From positions 62,001 through 126,000 of the IMG/VR virus record IMGVR_UViG_3300021959_006017: 64,000 nt of DNA, one strand, 5' to 3'. The notes under the pieces were generated by a model. The model was not told the origin of the DNA. It was given only the letters and a program-made list of their open reading frames with translations, and did no database searches. The position numbers were made by a program, and so were the translations under genes. The first letter of the stretch is position 1. Every line of letters starts with the position of its first letter. Of this stretch, positions 48,790-58,856 are shown one piece after another.

Positions 48790-49872
48790 ATGTCAGCAAG
48801 TTCAACCCCTAACGAGTTTACACAATCTCAAGTTGAAGGTGTAGGTCAAACTACAGTAAACCATCCTGATGTTGATACTGATCCGGGCAGTAGTCCACCC
48901 GATCATGTTCATATTGATTATGACTTAGCACATCAGGCGTGTCTTGCAGAAATAGCAAGTTTACTTGAAGATATGGAATCTGACATTAGGATTATTACTG
49001 ATAGATTAGATGACGAAGATAAAGGTGCATATGTTCGTCAAGCAGACACTGTAGCAAATAATCCTGCAAATATTGCAGCCCAAGCAGCTCTAGAACAGAA
49101 TCTACAGGAAAGTGGCATAGTTGATTTCATAAATGCTGAACTAGGAACTCCTACAGACTTTTCAAACACAAGTACATCTAACTATTCAACTCTACAAAAC
49201 GCCGGTGGCGGCGGCGGCTTTTTGGGCGGCAGCGGGTCTCAAGTTAGACCAGCAGGATATGCAGGTGCACCAACTGTAACAACATCAGATGGAAGAACTG
49301 TAAATGTACCGCAAGCAGCACTAGGTGATATTATAGAAGCAAGTGGAGAAGCGACAGGCAATGTTCGCTATGGTAACCAAGGCGGTAAACGTAACTTGCC
49401 TATTCAGCAACAGCTAATGGACATACTCGATGCGGCTGCACAAGAAGCAGGAGTTGATGTTATTATTACAAGCGGCGGGCAAGTTCCTGTCAGTGAAGGC
49501 GGCAGAGACGGTGTAAACAGAACAGGATCGAATAGGCACGATAAAGGTTATGGTGCTGATGTTGCACTTTATACACCAGACTTTAATGGTAGACAACTAC
49601 AAGGAGCTAATCCGGCTGACCTTGCAATCATGATGAGATTTATGCGAGCAGCTAGAGACGCTGGAGCAACAGGTATCGGTCAAGGTAATGGCTACATGAG
49701 TGACAATGTCATACACGTAGACATTGGTTGGATAGGACAACTACAAGGTGCAATATCTGGGGTTATTGCAACACGTACATGGGGCGGAGGAAGTGCAACA
49801 GGTACAAGCACAAACTATGCAAACGCTCCACAATATATGAAAGAACTAATGACACCAAGGAGTAATGCATAA
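48790..49872 (+). CDS. virion-associated protein with C-terminal peptidase M15-like domain
   Basis: ITSGG, GSNRHDKGYGADV, IHVDIG Zn-ligand pattern. Confidence 0.65.
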   Translation: MSASSTPNEFTQSQVEGVGQTTVNHPDVDTDPGSSPPDHVHIDYDLAHQACLAEIASLLEDMESDIRIITDRLDDEDKGAYVRQADTVANNPANIAAQAALEQNLQESGIVDFINAELGTPTDFSNTSTSNYSTLQNAGGGGGFLGGSGSQVRPAGYAGAPTVTTSDGRTVNVPQAALGDIIEASGEATGNVRYGNQGGKRNLPIQQQLMDILDAAAQEAGVDVIITSGGQVPVSEGGRDGVNRTGSNRHDKGYGADVALYTPDFNGRQLQGANPADLAIMMRFMRAARDAGATGIGQGNGYMSDNVIHVDIGWIGQLQGAISGVIATRTWGGGSATGTSTNYANAPQYMKELMTPRSNA

Positions 49873-50624
49873 TGCCAGATCCGTATCATCATATAGACAT
49901 GACGCCGGAATACAATCGTATTATTTCAGCACTAACAGGTATAAGAGACGATATAAGACTTATTAGACGCAGAGTTGAAGATTCAGAAAAAGGTGTTGTT
50001 ACGAATGGAGTATTAAACGATTTCCAACGTGCAATGTTAGCGATTAGTATGAGTGCAGCCGGAGCAAATGATGCAGAAAGAATACGTCAAAACATTACAG
50101 GAGGTACTGGACTTACTGGAGGCTCGGGAGGTGTAGCAGCACCAAGTGGTGAAGATACAGAAACAAGAGAAGATATATTATTGGCATTAGGTATCGCTCA
50201 AGACATTGACAACGATGATCCTAGAAGTATATTTAGAGTAGATGGATTGTACTACAAAGAAGCAAAAGTAACTAATGCTCCAGATGACGGTTTAAGAGGT
50301 AGTCTGCCTGTGTCTAGCCCATACGTAGCAGACGGCGGTCCTATAGGTTATCATAGACTAAGCAACAATACGCCAACACCTGGACCAGTTGGCGGACCAC
50401 CAGATCAGTTACCAGACTTTGCCGCAAGTAAAAAACGTTGGCCTGCACCTCGTCCAGAGGATAGAACAGCAGTGCCAAACAGTGATCCAAATGCTGACAT
50501 TGTGAATCCAGTTACAGGTAATGTTGTACCACGTACAATACAAGATATACTAAACGATATTAACAGTGGCGGAGATGCACCGCCGCCAGCATACACACAA
50601 GAAGACGGAACAGGAGTAGGTTAA
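49872..50624 (+). CDS. hypothetical virion-associated protein
   Basis: In a baseplate-like operon; Pro/Gly-rich. Confidence 0.55.
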   Translation: MPDPYHHIDMTPEYNRIISALTGIRDDIRLIRRRVEDSEKGVVTNGVLNDFQRAMLAISMSAAGANDAERIRQNITGGTGLTGGSGGVAAPSGEDTETREDILLALGIAQDIDNDDPRSIFRVDGLYYKEAKVTNAPDDGLRGSLPVSSPYVADGGPIGYHRLSNNTPTPGPVGGPPDQLPDFAASKKRWPAPRPEDRTAVPNSDPNADIVNPVTGNVVPRTIQDILNDINSGGDAPPPAYTQEDGTGVG

Positions 50625-51385
50625 TGCCAAGAGCACATAGAGTAGGCGATGTAGATAGTGACGGTGATAGAGCAGTAACCGGCTCGTCAAATGTCTTCAT
50701 TAATGGTGGCCCTACAATGGGAGGTGCAGTAGCGGCTGCATTAGGTATACCTGATACTGTAATGATCAACGATGACATGGCTAGAATGATACTAGAAGAT
50801 CGTGCAAACGAACTTGCACTAGGTGGAGATCCGGATCAGAACGAAGCACTAGAATCTTATGGCGGAGGTAATCCTGATGGTGTAAACCCTATAACAGGTC
50901 AAACAGGTGTACAACCTGCACCTGGTAGTGCAGCGCAAGCACAAGGCGATGATGCAGTAGGAACACCTCCACCAACAGGCGCAGTAGAACCTAGTGAATG
51001 GTTAGAGTGGCAATCACACGTTAACCCAAATGTGCTTCCAGAAGTAAGAGAGAAAGCAATAGCACTTGCACAAGCAATAGGTAGACCTTTACGTTTGAAT
51101 AGTGGATATCGCACACCTGAATACAATGCTAGGATAGGCGGCGCACGTAACAGTATGCACGTACAGAGAAAGGCTATTGATATACAATGGCCACTGTCAG
51201 GAACAGAAGGTAAAAAGCAGTTTATTCAAAAAGCAATAGAAGCAGGCTTTACAGGTATTGGATGTTATAATAGCTTTATGCATGCCGATATTGGAGCTAA
51301 AAGATGCTGGGGTCCAAGCGGCGGCAGAGCAAGTATGTACGCAGAATTTGTACAGATATTAAGGCAAAGTGGTTATACAGTTTAG
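50624..51385 (+). CDS. PAAR-like spike fused to peptidase M15A
   Basis: MPRAHRVGD...TGSSNVFING; LNSGYR..YNARIGGARNSMH...AIDI...FMHAD. Confidence 0.8.
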   Translation: MPRAHRVGDVDSDGDRAVTGSSNVFINGGPTMGGAVAAALGIPDTVMINDDMARMILEDRANELALGGDPDQNEALESYGGGNPDGVNPITGQTGVQPAPGSAAQAQGDDAVGTPPPTGAVEPSEWLEWQSHVNPNVLPEVREKAIALAQAIGRPLRLNSGYRTPEYNARIGGARNSMHVQRKAIDIQWPLSGTEGKKQFIQKAIEAGFTGIGCYNSFMHADIGAKRCWGPSGGRASMYAEFVQILRQSGYTV

Positions 51386-51448
51386 ACTTGACAAACTGTA
51401 AAAACGAAGTTATAATAAAGTATAAAATAAGGCAATAAGAGAAAGGCA

Positions 51449-52048
51449 ATGTTAATGAATAACAAAGTTATACTTGTAGACGCAGATGGTGTACTACTAA
51501 ACTGGGAATGGGCATTCGGTGTGTGGATGGAACAACACGGACACACCTCAATCGAAAATGGTAACTTGTTATATGATATCGGAGAACGATACGGTATCAC
51601 AAAAGAGCAGGGTAAACAACTAATCAAAATCTTTAATGAAAGTGCAGCAATAGGATTTTTGCCAGCACTTCGTGATGCAATGTTTTATGTAAAACGACTC
51701 CACGAAGAACATGGATATGTTTTTCATTGCATAACTAGTTTAAGTACTGATCCAAATGCAGGTAAGTTACGTGAAATGAACTTACAAAAACTTTTTGGTA
51801 AAACAGCATTTGAAAAAGTTGTATGTTTAGATACAGGTGCAGACAAAGATGAAATACTTGTAACATACAATGGTACAAACTATTATTGGGTTGAAGATAA
51901 ACTTGAAAATGCTATAGTAGGTAAAGAGTTTGGACTTCGACCAATACTAATGGAGCATGGCCATAACATGCACGAAACAGTTCCAGAAGGTATTACTAAA
52001 GTACTTAACTGGAAAGAAATATACGATATAGTTACAGGAGAAAACTAA
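51449..52048 (+). CDS. HAD-family phosphatase (5'-nucleotidase-like)
   Basis: LVDADGVL, CITSL, WVEDK. Confidence 0.8.
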   Translation: MLMNNKVILVDADGVLLNWEWAFGVWMEQHGHTSIENGNLLYDIGERYGITKEQGKQLIKIFNESAAIGFLPALRDAMFYVKRLHEEHGYVFHCITSLSTDPNAGKLREMNLQKLFGKTAFEKVVCLDTGADKDEILVTYNGTNYYWVEDKLENAIVGKEFGLRPILMEHGHNMHETVPEGITKVLNWKEIYDIVTGEN

Positions 52049-52233
52049 TGAGTGAACAAACACAACATGAACAGATTTTACATGCATTTCAAACTTATGT
52101 ACAAGAATCTGTAACATTTGAAGAAAAAGGTGTTAAGGCAGCAGCCGCTAGAGCTCGTAAAGCACTAGGTGATCTAGGCAAACTTACAAAAACACGTAGA
52201 GCAGAAATCCAAGAGAAAAAGAACACAATGTAA
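52048..52233 (+). CDS. small histone H1/Hc1-like basic protein
   Basis: KGVKAAAARARKALGDLGKLTKTRRAEIQ. Confidence 0.65.
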   Translation: MSEQTQHEQILHAFQTYVQESVTFEEKGVKAAAARARKALGDLGKLTKTRRAEIQEKKNTM

Positions 52234-52403
52234 TGTGGTCTTTGTGGGCTAAGGCCCTAGGAGCAAAAGCATATGAAGACGACGATAGAGCTGACAGAGT
52301 TGCAATCATTCGTACTCTTATTGTGGGGTTCGAGCTTTTTGTCGGCATTTTTATTATCTTAAATGCAATAGCCAATCACGGCTGGAACTTGATAGGATTA
52401 TAA
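52233..52403 (+). CDS. small membrane protein (56 aa)
   Basis: Manual translation MWSLWAKALGAKA...IANH. Confidence 0.55.
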   Translation: MWSLWAKALGAKAYEDDDRADRVAIIRTLIVGFELFVGIFIILNAIANHGWNLIGL

Positions 52404-52445
52404 CGTATGTTAGCGTTATAATCCTTTCTTTTTGTAAATATTAGT

Positions 52446-52658
52446 ATGACGTATTTTGAACTCAAAGAAGCTAATCGCTTTTACTGGCTAGTCAAAGGTC
52501 AACTCATTCCTGAATCTTGGAACGAAAAAGATATTCGCGACACATATGAATCTTACTTTAGACGCTTGTGGGGCAACCACGAAAGAGCAGTATATGGCGA
52601 GTTAGGATTTGAAGCAGCCTGGGCAAAAACGCCAAGCAAAAAAGCGGTTGACATCTAA
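52446..52658 (+). CDS. hypothetical protein
   Basis: TAAATA 5 nt upstream. Confidence 0.6.
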   Translation: MTYFELKEANRFYWLVKGQLIPESWNEKDIRDTYESYFRRLWGNHERAVYGELGFEAAWAKTPSKKAVDI

Positions 52659-52680
52659 AGTATAAACTGTTATAAATAAC

Positions 52681-52920
52681 CTGTAGGCGTTACAAAGCGT
52701 ATTTGGACTCCGGGGCGGTACCGGACGCCTCCACCATAAGCACTCTATCCCAACCTGACGAGGGCGGATCGTAAAGAACTAAACAGAGTGCTTATGATGG
52801 GGGCGAAATAGGTTTCGACAGGTAGGCAAGTTTACAAAACACAAATGCAAACGATAACTTTGCACCTGAGTTAGCCCTAGCGGCATGATTCACGGGGTTA
52901 GTCCACCTTGTTACCAAACG
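52681..52920 (+). ncRNA. ssrA: two-piece (circularly permuted) tmRNA, tag ANDNFAPELALAA
   Basis: T-arm plus CGCCTCCACCA ends 52736; 62-nt intervening hairpin; GGGGGCG 5' end at 52799 giving a G3.U pair; tag frame 52847-52888; promoter TTGACA at 52648. Outer boundaries approximate. Confidence 0.9.
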
Positions 52921-52923
52921 GCT

Positions 52924-52960
52924 AGAAAGGTGTTGCAGAGATGTAACACCTTTCTTCTTT
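52924..52960 (+). terminator. rho-independent terminator after ssrA
   Basis: agaaaggtgtt/aacacctttct stem plus T-run. Confidence 0.75.
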
Positions 52961-53077
52961 TGTAATCACACCTAGTGAAAATGCTGCATCGCAATGATAA
53001 CTAATAGTATGTGCAAAATGCAACGTTTTGCGCTATAGTATATTATTGTTAATAAAATCAAAAAAGGAAATGAACAT

Positions 53078-53473
53078 ATGCGTACATTCGTAATCGCAAT
53101 GGTAGCCGCAATGGCTGCAACTTCAGCAACAGCTATGGACCTATCAGTTCCAGGCCTAGCACTGAACACAGACGTAGTAGCAGAGTATAAACTTGATGCA
53201 GAAACAACTACAGTCACAATCAATCCAGAACTAGCACTAGAGCCAGTTACTGCTCCAGGTCTTGAACTAACAGCAGGAATGACTTTAAGTGCATATGACA
53301 ATGCAGGCGGTGTAACTCTATTTGACGAGTTTGATGTTTTACCATCAGTTGACTTTGGTGCAACATACACACTACCTACATGGTCAAATGTAGAACTATC
53401 TGCAGGTACTTCATATGACTTCGACGCAAAAGAGCGTGGTGAAGTTTCTTTGAAAGCAACTTTTAGTTTCTAA
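53078..53473 (+). CDS. exported outer-membrane beta-barrel-like protein
   Basis: Signal peptide ending ATA-M, amphipathic strands, C-terminal ATFSF. Confidence 0.6.
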   Translation: MRTFVIAMVAAMAATSATAMDLSVPGLALNTDVVAEYKLDAETTTVTINPELALEPVTAPGLELTAGMTLSAYDNAGGVTLFDEFDVLPSVDFGATYTLPTWSNVELSAGTSYDFDAKERGEVSLKATFSF

Positions 53474-53496
53474 TCTGATTGTATAGCGATCAACTT

Positions 53497-53521
53497 GGGC
53501 GGCTTCGGTCGCCCTTTTTTT
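53497..53521 (+). terminator. rho-independent terminator
   Basis: gggcggc-TTCG-gtcgccc plus T7. Confidence 0.85.
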
Positions 53522-53569
53522 ATGACCGATTTTCAATAAATACAACTATAATAGATTGGGAGGTCTACA

Positions 53570-53719
53570 ATGGCAAAAGCATTTATTGGCGGAAGTAGTG
53601 TCTTGGAACCTACTCGCAAAAAAACAAGCATTGGCGGAAATCACAGTATGATCAAAACCAGTTCAATGAGCAAAGGCAAGCGGAAGTCTTACAAAAGATA
53701 TCGCGGGCAAGGAAGATAA
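53570..53719 (+). CDS. small basic protein (49 aa, ends YRGQGR)
   Basis: Manual translation; GGAGG RBS. Confidence 0.65.
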   Translation: MAKAFIGGSSVLEPTRKKTSIGGNHSMIKTSSMSKGKRKSYKRYRGQGR

Positions 53720-53720
53720 C

Positions 53721-53921
53721 ATGATTAAGAACTTTAAGGACATAGTAATACTACTAATAACTTCAGGAGTGTTAATACTCCTAGGAGTTATTATCATAGG
53801 TGACTATATTGTAGCACTAGAAGAAAATAGGCCTGTTGATGAAAGTGTAATTACACTAATGAAAATGTCAGTAACAGGATTGATTGGTGTTATTGGTGGA
53901 TACATAGGTGGAAGTAAATGA
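53721..53921 (+). CDS. two-TM membrane protein (holin-like candidate)
   Basis: Two hydrophobic helices. Confidence 0.55.
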   Translation: MIKNFKDIVILLITSGVLILLGVIIIGDYIVALEENRPVDESVITLMKMSVTGLIGVIGGYIGGSK

Positions 53922-54259
53922 ATATGAAATTTGGAATAGGCGTAGTTATTGCAATAGTAATGCAAGTAAGTGCATTTGTATGGTGGACCGCACAACAAGC
54001 ACAAACAATAGAACTATTGAAAACAGAAGTAAGCGAACTTACCAGCAAGATGGCTGTGGAAGATGAAGTAAACATGGCTCGTGATATTGCTGATATGAAA
54101 AAAATGTTACAAGAAAACAGTATATGGTTAACAGAACTATCTACTGATGTTGATGACTTGATTGATTTTGCAGAGTTTACAGAAAACAAATGGGCAGGAT
54201 CATACGATGAAGATCCTGGATACGACAGACTATTCGGTAAGAAGCCGGCAAAGGAATAA
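53918..54259 (+). CDS. membrane-anchored coiled-coil protein
   Basis: N-terminal TM plus heptads. Confidence 0.6.
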   Translation: MNMKFGIGVVIAIVMQVSAFVWWTAQQAQTIELLKTEVSELTSKMAVEDEVNMARDIADMKKMLQENSIWLTELSTDVDDLIDFAEFTENKWAGSYDEDPGYDRLFGKKPAKE

Positions 54260-54261
54260 TA

Positions 54262-54735
54262 ATGTTTAGTTTTGACGTAGAAAATATTACCAAGGGAATT
54301 GGCGTAGTAACAGCATCATTTGCATTGATTGGTGGCGGATATACACTATGGGATAAACTAGAAAGCAAAGACATTCTTACATGGGCACCAGAACATTTTC
54401 AAGTATCTGATGCTCCTGCTACTGGAACCTTTGATGTTATCGTTGCACGTGAAAAGCACAGAGACGATTGCAGTGTTGAAGGATTTACGCTTGAAGTCAA
54501 GGACAGCAAGTATATGGTTCACAAAGCTATTCCTGGTATGACAAAGTTTAGTGGACCTGCATCAGACAAGATTGACAAGTTTGGATTTACGTTTACTATT
54601 GATAAAGAACACGTTGGCATGATGCCTGCAGGACCTGCAACACTATTGGCACGTATTGATTATATGTGTCCAGAAGGTCCAACCGTAGTTGCTTATCCAG
54701 ATCACGAAAATCTAACGTTTAATATAACAAAATAG
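54262..54735 (+). CDS. membrane-anchored periplasmic-type protein
   Basis: N-terminal TM, two Cys. Confidence 0.6.
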   Translation: MFSFDVENITKGIGVVTASFALIGGGYTLWDKLESKDILTWAPEHFQVSDAPATGTFDVIVAREKHRDDCSVEGFTLEVKDSKYMVHKAIPGMTKFSGPASDKIDKFGFTFTIDKEHVGMMPAGPATLLARIDYMCPEGPTVVAYPDHENLTFNITK

Positions 54736-54755
54736 CATTTCAAAGGAGAGGGCAA

Positions 54756-55241
54756 ATGCAAACACAAAATGAATATGATGTAACAGTCATTAAAGTAGTT
54801 GACGGAGATACCGTTGATGTTGATATCGATCTAGGGTTTGGCGTAACACTAACTGATGAGCGTGTACGCATTATGGGCATAGACACACCAGAGTCACGCA
54901 CAAGAGACAAGGTAGAAGACTTGTTCGGCGAAGCAGCCAAAGCACGTTTAAAAGAGCTTATGAAGAATGGTGGCAAACTTATTACCACAGAAGATCGCAA
55001 AGGCGAAGATATGAAAGGCAAGTTCGGACGTATCCTAGGTGACTTCAAAGTAGACTATAATGGTGAAACAAAAACTGTAACAGACATACTTGTTGAAGAG
55101 GGACATGCTGTTGCTTACTTTGGTGGTAGCAAAGAAGAAATCCAAATGAAGCACATGGCCAACAGAGAAAAGCTTCTACGTGAAGGCATTGTTGATCGTG
55201 CAGAATATGATGAAGCAGTGGCTCTAATGGAAGAAAAATAA
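54756..55241 (+). CDS. thermonuclease (SNase-like)
   Basis: VVDGDT, VRIMGIDTPE, GKFGRILG, LVEEGHA. Confidence 0.88.
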   Translation: MQTQNEYDVTVIKVVDGDTVDVDIDLGFGVTLTDERVRIMGIDTPESRTRDKVEDLFGEAAKARLKELMKNGGKLITTEDRKGEDMKGKFGRILGDFKVDYNGETKTVTDILVEEGHAVAYFGGSKEEIQMKHMANREKLLREGIVDRAEYDEAVALMEEK

Positions 55242-55308
55242 AGGTTGACAAATACTCCTTATTAGTGTAATATTATTATAAAAAACAATAATAAAGGAGT
55301 ATTTTATT

Positions 55309-55581
55309 ATGAAAACTAAAGTAAAAAACAAAGTAAAAGGCACTAGATTCTACAAAGCCGGAACACAAAATCAAACTATCTTACAAAACTATTGGGGTAA
55401 TGGTAAAACATTTACTACCGAAGAGTTGAAAGATACACTACATATAGCGTCACCTGGTGCTAGACTATCAGAGCTAAGAGAAGCTGGCTTTGATGTTAGA
55501 GTAGTCGATACTGTATCGAATGACTTCGGAGCAGGAAGACCTACTGTAAAATACAAGATTATGCAAAGAAGAACTGCATAA
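55309..55581 (+). CDS. winged helix-turn-helix DNA-binding protein
   Basis: ASPGARLSELREAGFDV; sigma70 promoter upstream. Confidence 0.7.
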   Translation: MKTKVKNKVKGTRFYKAGTQNQTILQNYWGNGKTFTTEELKDTLHIASPGARLSELREAGFDVRVVDTVSNDFGAGRPTVKYKIMQRRTA

Positions 55582-55652
55582 TATAGGTTGACAACTCAAT
55601 AAAACCCTGCTATACTATAGATATTATTAACTTAGAAAGGCAGGGTTTTATT

Positions 55653-56096
55653 ATGACTATGCATTTGGTAGGTCCGTATATGACTACGACCAACTACAAG
55701 AAGCGTAAGCAGAAGAAACTTACAGACAATCAAAGAGTTAAACTAGAACAAGAATGGCGAGCATACAACAAACGTATGCGTCAGACGAACTGCCATTCGG
55801 CACAGTTCGAGCAGTTCGAACAGTATCTTTCGTACATCCGAGGCGAACACAAGCCACGCAAACAAGAGCAAGAGTTCAAACCTTTTGTTCCTGCAACTAA
55901 CTATCGCAGAGAAACACAGCATATTCCGAGCCATAACGCAGACCAGTTTGCACCGTGTGTAAAGAAAGAAAGTATGGAGTACACAGGCGAGCGCCAACTG
56001 CTAGGCATTGCAACTATGCACAAAAGTAACATGGTTCCAGTGTTTGCAGACAACAAAGAACAAGCAGTAGAGATTGCTCAGATGCGCAGAAACTAA
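55653..56096 (+). CDS. conserved-type T4-like hypothetical protein
   Basis: YTG...GIATMHKSNMVPVF motif. Confidence 0.7.
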   Translation: MTMHLVGPYMTTTNYKKRKQKKLTDNQRVKLEQEWRAYNKRMRQTNCHSAQFEQFEQYLSYIRGEHKPRKQEQEFKPFVPATNYRRETQHIPSHNADQFAPCVKKESMEYTGERQLLGIATMHKSNMVPVFADNKEQAVEIAQMRRN

Positions 56097-56153
56097 AGTA
56101 TGTACTTAAATCTCCACAGAAAACCACTTAAATAGTAGACCGAGGGAAGAAAA

Positions 56154-56672
56154 ATGAAAAAGTTTTTGCTATCTCTAGCAGGCATTCTTTTTGCAGTACA
56201 GGCAAATGCAGGCATTAGAGAACTATATAAAAGTAGCAGCAATCCTCAAGAGTATTGTTTGGCGCTTAATATATATCATGAAGCAAGGAGCAGTAACCTT
56301 GCTGATCAAGCGGCAGTCGCAGATGTCGTGCTTAATCGTGTGCATGATACTCGTTATCCTGACACAGTCTGCGATGTAGTATATCAGGCTCGTATGAGAC
56401 CTAGTTGGAAGGATGAAACAGTAATGATTCCTATCCGCAACCAATGTCAGTTTAGTTGGTATTGCGATGGGAGAGATGACACGCCTACAGATCAAGATGC
56501 TTGGATTTCTGCACAGCAGACAGCATACTTTATGATTTTAGATGGACGTTATCGAGGAGTTACAGAAGGAGCAACACATTATCATGCAACATATGTTGAC
56601 CCTGCCTGGGCAAGAGATTTTGCCTTAGTAGGACGTATTGGAGCGCATGTGTTTTATCGTTGGGAAAGATAG
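56154..56672 (+). CDS. cell wall hydrolase SleB (Hydrolase_2)
   Basis: CLALNIYHEAR, VVLNRV, CQFSWYCDG, GATHYHA, IGAHVFY. Confidence 0.92.
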   Translation: MKKFLLSLAGILFAVQANAGIRELYKSSSNPQEYCLALNIYHEARSSNLADQAAVADVVLNRVHDTRYPDTVCDVVYQARMRPSWKDETVMIPIRNQCQFSWYCDGRDDTPTDQDAWISAQQTAYFMILDGRYRGVTEGATHYHATYVDPAWARDFALVGRIGAHVFYRWER

Positions 56673-58856
56673 ATGGCATTAGGAATATTAGTATTAATCA
56701 CAGCATTAACAATATCAGGCGTAGCAATATATTATAGTGTCGCTGGGCTGGTAGCAATCTTTGCTGCCGCCGCAGTGCCTATTATGATTATGGGCGGCGC
56801 ACTAGAAATAGCAAAACTTGTTACAGCAGTTTGGCTCCATCGGTACTGGCGGCAAACTGTTTGGTGGCTAAAGAGTTACCTTACCCTAGCTGTGGTTGTA
56901 CTAATGCTAATAACTTCTATGGGTATCTTTGGCTTTTTGTCTAAAGCACACATTGAACAAACAAGTGCAAGCCAAGAAAGTGTAGCACAAGTTGAAAGAC
57001 TAACTTCTGAGATTGCACGTCAAGAAGGTATTATTGAACGTGCAGAAACAAAGATCAAACAGTTAGAGTCTAGCGGCACAGGGGCTGATGCTAACATACA
57101 AGCACAAATAGATAAAGAACAAGACCGTATTGACAAAGCATTTGAACGTATTCAGCCTGCTATTGATCAGCAGAATAAGATTATTTCAGATGCAAGAGAA
57201 ACTGACAACACTAGAACTAAACCTTATGAGGATCAGCTTACAAGTATACAAGCTGAAATACTTCGTTTAGAAAACAGTGCTAGAGAATATGAAACTTCTA
57301 TTACAAATCTTGAAGTTAATAACAGTGCGGTAGAACCTTTGCTTGCACAGATTAGTGCTATTGAAGAAGAAATCATTCGTGTAACAAATCAAATCAATAG
57401 TGGTGAAAGATCACAGGTAAGAGCCGCACAAGCTATTATTGGTGTGTCTAGTGACGGATTGTTTGGTAACAACACTAGAGAAGCACTAGCAAAATGGGTA
57501 AGCGGACAGCGTGATCGTATAACACAAATACAAGGCGAAGTTGCTCAGGTACGCAAAGATGCAGGAGCAGAAGTTACAGCAGAGCGTGATCGTTTAGCAG
57601 GTGTTGTTAAAGATATTAGAACAGTTCAAATACCTGCACTAAAAGAACGTGAACTCACAATGCTAGGCAAAATAGACGAAGTACGTCAAACAGAGTCGCC
57701 TGTTATACAAACAGCACGAGATGAAATACAAAGACTACGTAAAAGTGCAGAAGACCAAGTAGCACAGTCACAAGCACTAATAGAAAGACTACGTGGTCAA
57801 CTAGCACAGACAGACAAAGTCGCAGAAATAGATGCGCAAGTACAAGAACAAAACACTCGCATTAAAGATGCAAACGCAGAAATAGATACACTTACTGAAC
57901 AAAAATATGCACTAGAAGCAGAGTATCGCAAACTAGAAGCAGAAGTAGGCCCAGTCAAATATATTGCTGAGTTTGTATATGGCGAAAGTGCAGATACAAA
58001 TCTACTAGAAGAAGCAGTACGCTGGGTGATTCTAGTTATTATATTTGTGTTTGATCCACTAGCAGTTCTACTATTAATCGCAAGCCAATATACCTTTGAG
58101 TTTCATCGCAAACGCAAGGATGACGACGGTGAGCGTCTTCGGCTCGAGAGACAAGAATACGAGCAAGCAAGAGCACAGCGCATAGTTGACAACCCTGGCT
58201 ATAATATTGATGATCCTGCGACGGCTGAAGAAAAGGAAGAAGTAAATGACGTTGGAACAGCTGAAGCTGATGTTGGACAACTTGGAGCCAGCGATAATGG
58301 AAGAGACACTGCCGAAGGAATGGCTGTGGCCGGAGAAGGAGTAGAAGATGCAAGAGTGGATGAACCTACAGACAGCAATATACAAGATGGTAATGTGGAA
58401 CTTGATGAACGAAATCGAGAAGCCGATGATGAGGAAAGTATATCGGGATGGAGCGATGTGGAACTTGACGAAGAACAAGTTCCTGACAGTAGCGAAACCC
58501 AAGAAGGAACTAGTACCGAGCAGGACCCCGGAGGAAGTGCTACAGCACCTGAACAGGTAGAATCAAAAAAAAAGGTAGAACCTACCGCATTGTTGGAAGA
58601 GTCAAAAAGGGAAGCTGAGTACGAAGCTAAAGAAGAAACCGAAGAGTGGAAGCAAGGCAAAGTAAAGTGGAAGGCAGAACATCCAGAAGACACCCTCAAG
58701 AGATATAAAAACTTATATATAAAAGGTGTAATAGATGAATTACCTTGGGAAAGACCACAGTATACAACTGTAGAAGAGCCCGAAGGTTACCAACAAAATG
58801 CGGAACAAAATGAATCAAGCATCTTTAACAGAATTAGACGAACTGAACAAGATTAA
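56673..58856 (+). CDS. large membrane coiled-coil protein (DUF4407-like) with putative peptidoglycan-binding motif
   Basis: 3 N-terminal TMs, long heptad region, SDGLFGNNTREAL, FDPLAV TM, acidic tail. Confidence 0.65.
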   Translation: MALGILVLITALTISGVAIYYSVAGLVAIFAAAAVPIMIMGGALEIAKLVTAVWLHRYWRQTVWWLKSYLTLAVVVLMLITSMGIFGFLSKAHIEQTSASQESVAQVERLTSEIARQEGIIERAETKIKQLESSGTGADANIQAQIDKEQDRIDKAFERIQPAIDQQNKIISDARETDNTRTKPYEDQLTSIQAEILRLENSAREYETSITNLEVNNSAVEPLLAQISAIEEEIIRVTNQINSGERSQVRAAQAIIGVSSDGLFGNNTREALAKWVSGQRDRITQIQGEVAQVRKDAGAEVTAERDRLAGVVKDIRTVQIPALKERELTMLGKIDEVRQTESPVIQTARDEIQRLRKSAEDQVAQSQALIERLRGQLAQTDKVAEIDAQVQEQNTRIKDANAEIDTLTEQKYALEAEYRKLEAEVGPVKYIAEFVYGESADTNLLEEAVRWVILVIIFVFDPLAVLLLIASQYTFEFHRKRKDDDGERLRLERQEYEQARAQRIVDNPGYNIDDPATAEEKEEVNDVGTAEADVGQLGASDNGRDTAEGMAVAGEGVEDARVDEPTDSNIQDGNVELDERNREADDEESISGWSDVELDEEQVPDSSETQEGTSTEQDPGGSATAPEQVESKKKVEPTALLEESKREAEYEAKEETEEWKQGKVKWKAEHPEDTLKRYKNLYIKGVIDELPWERPQYTTVEEPEGYQQNAEQNESSIFNRIRRTEQD

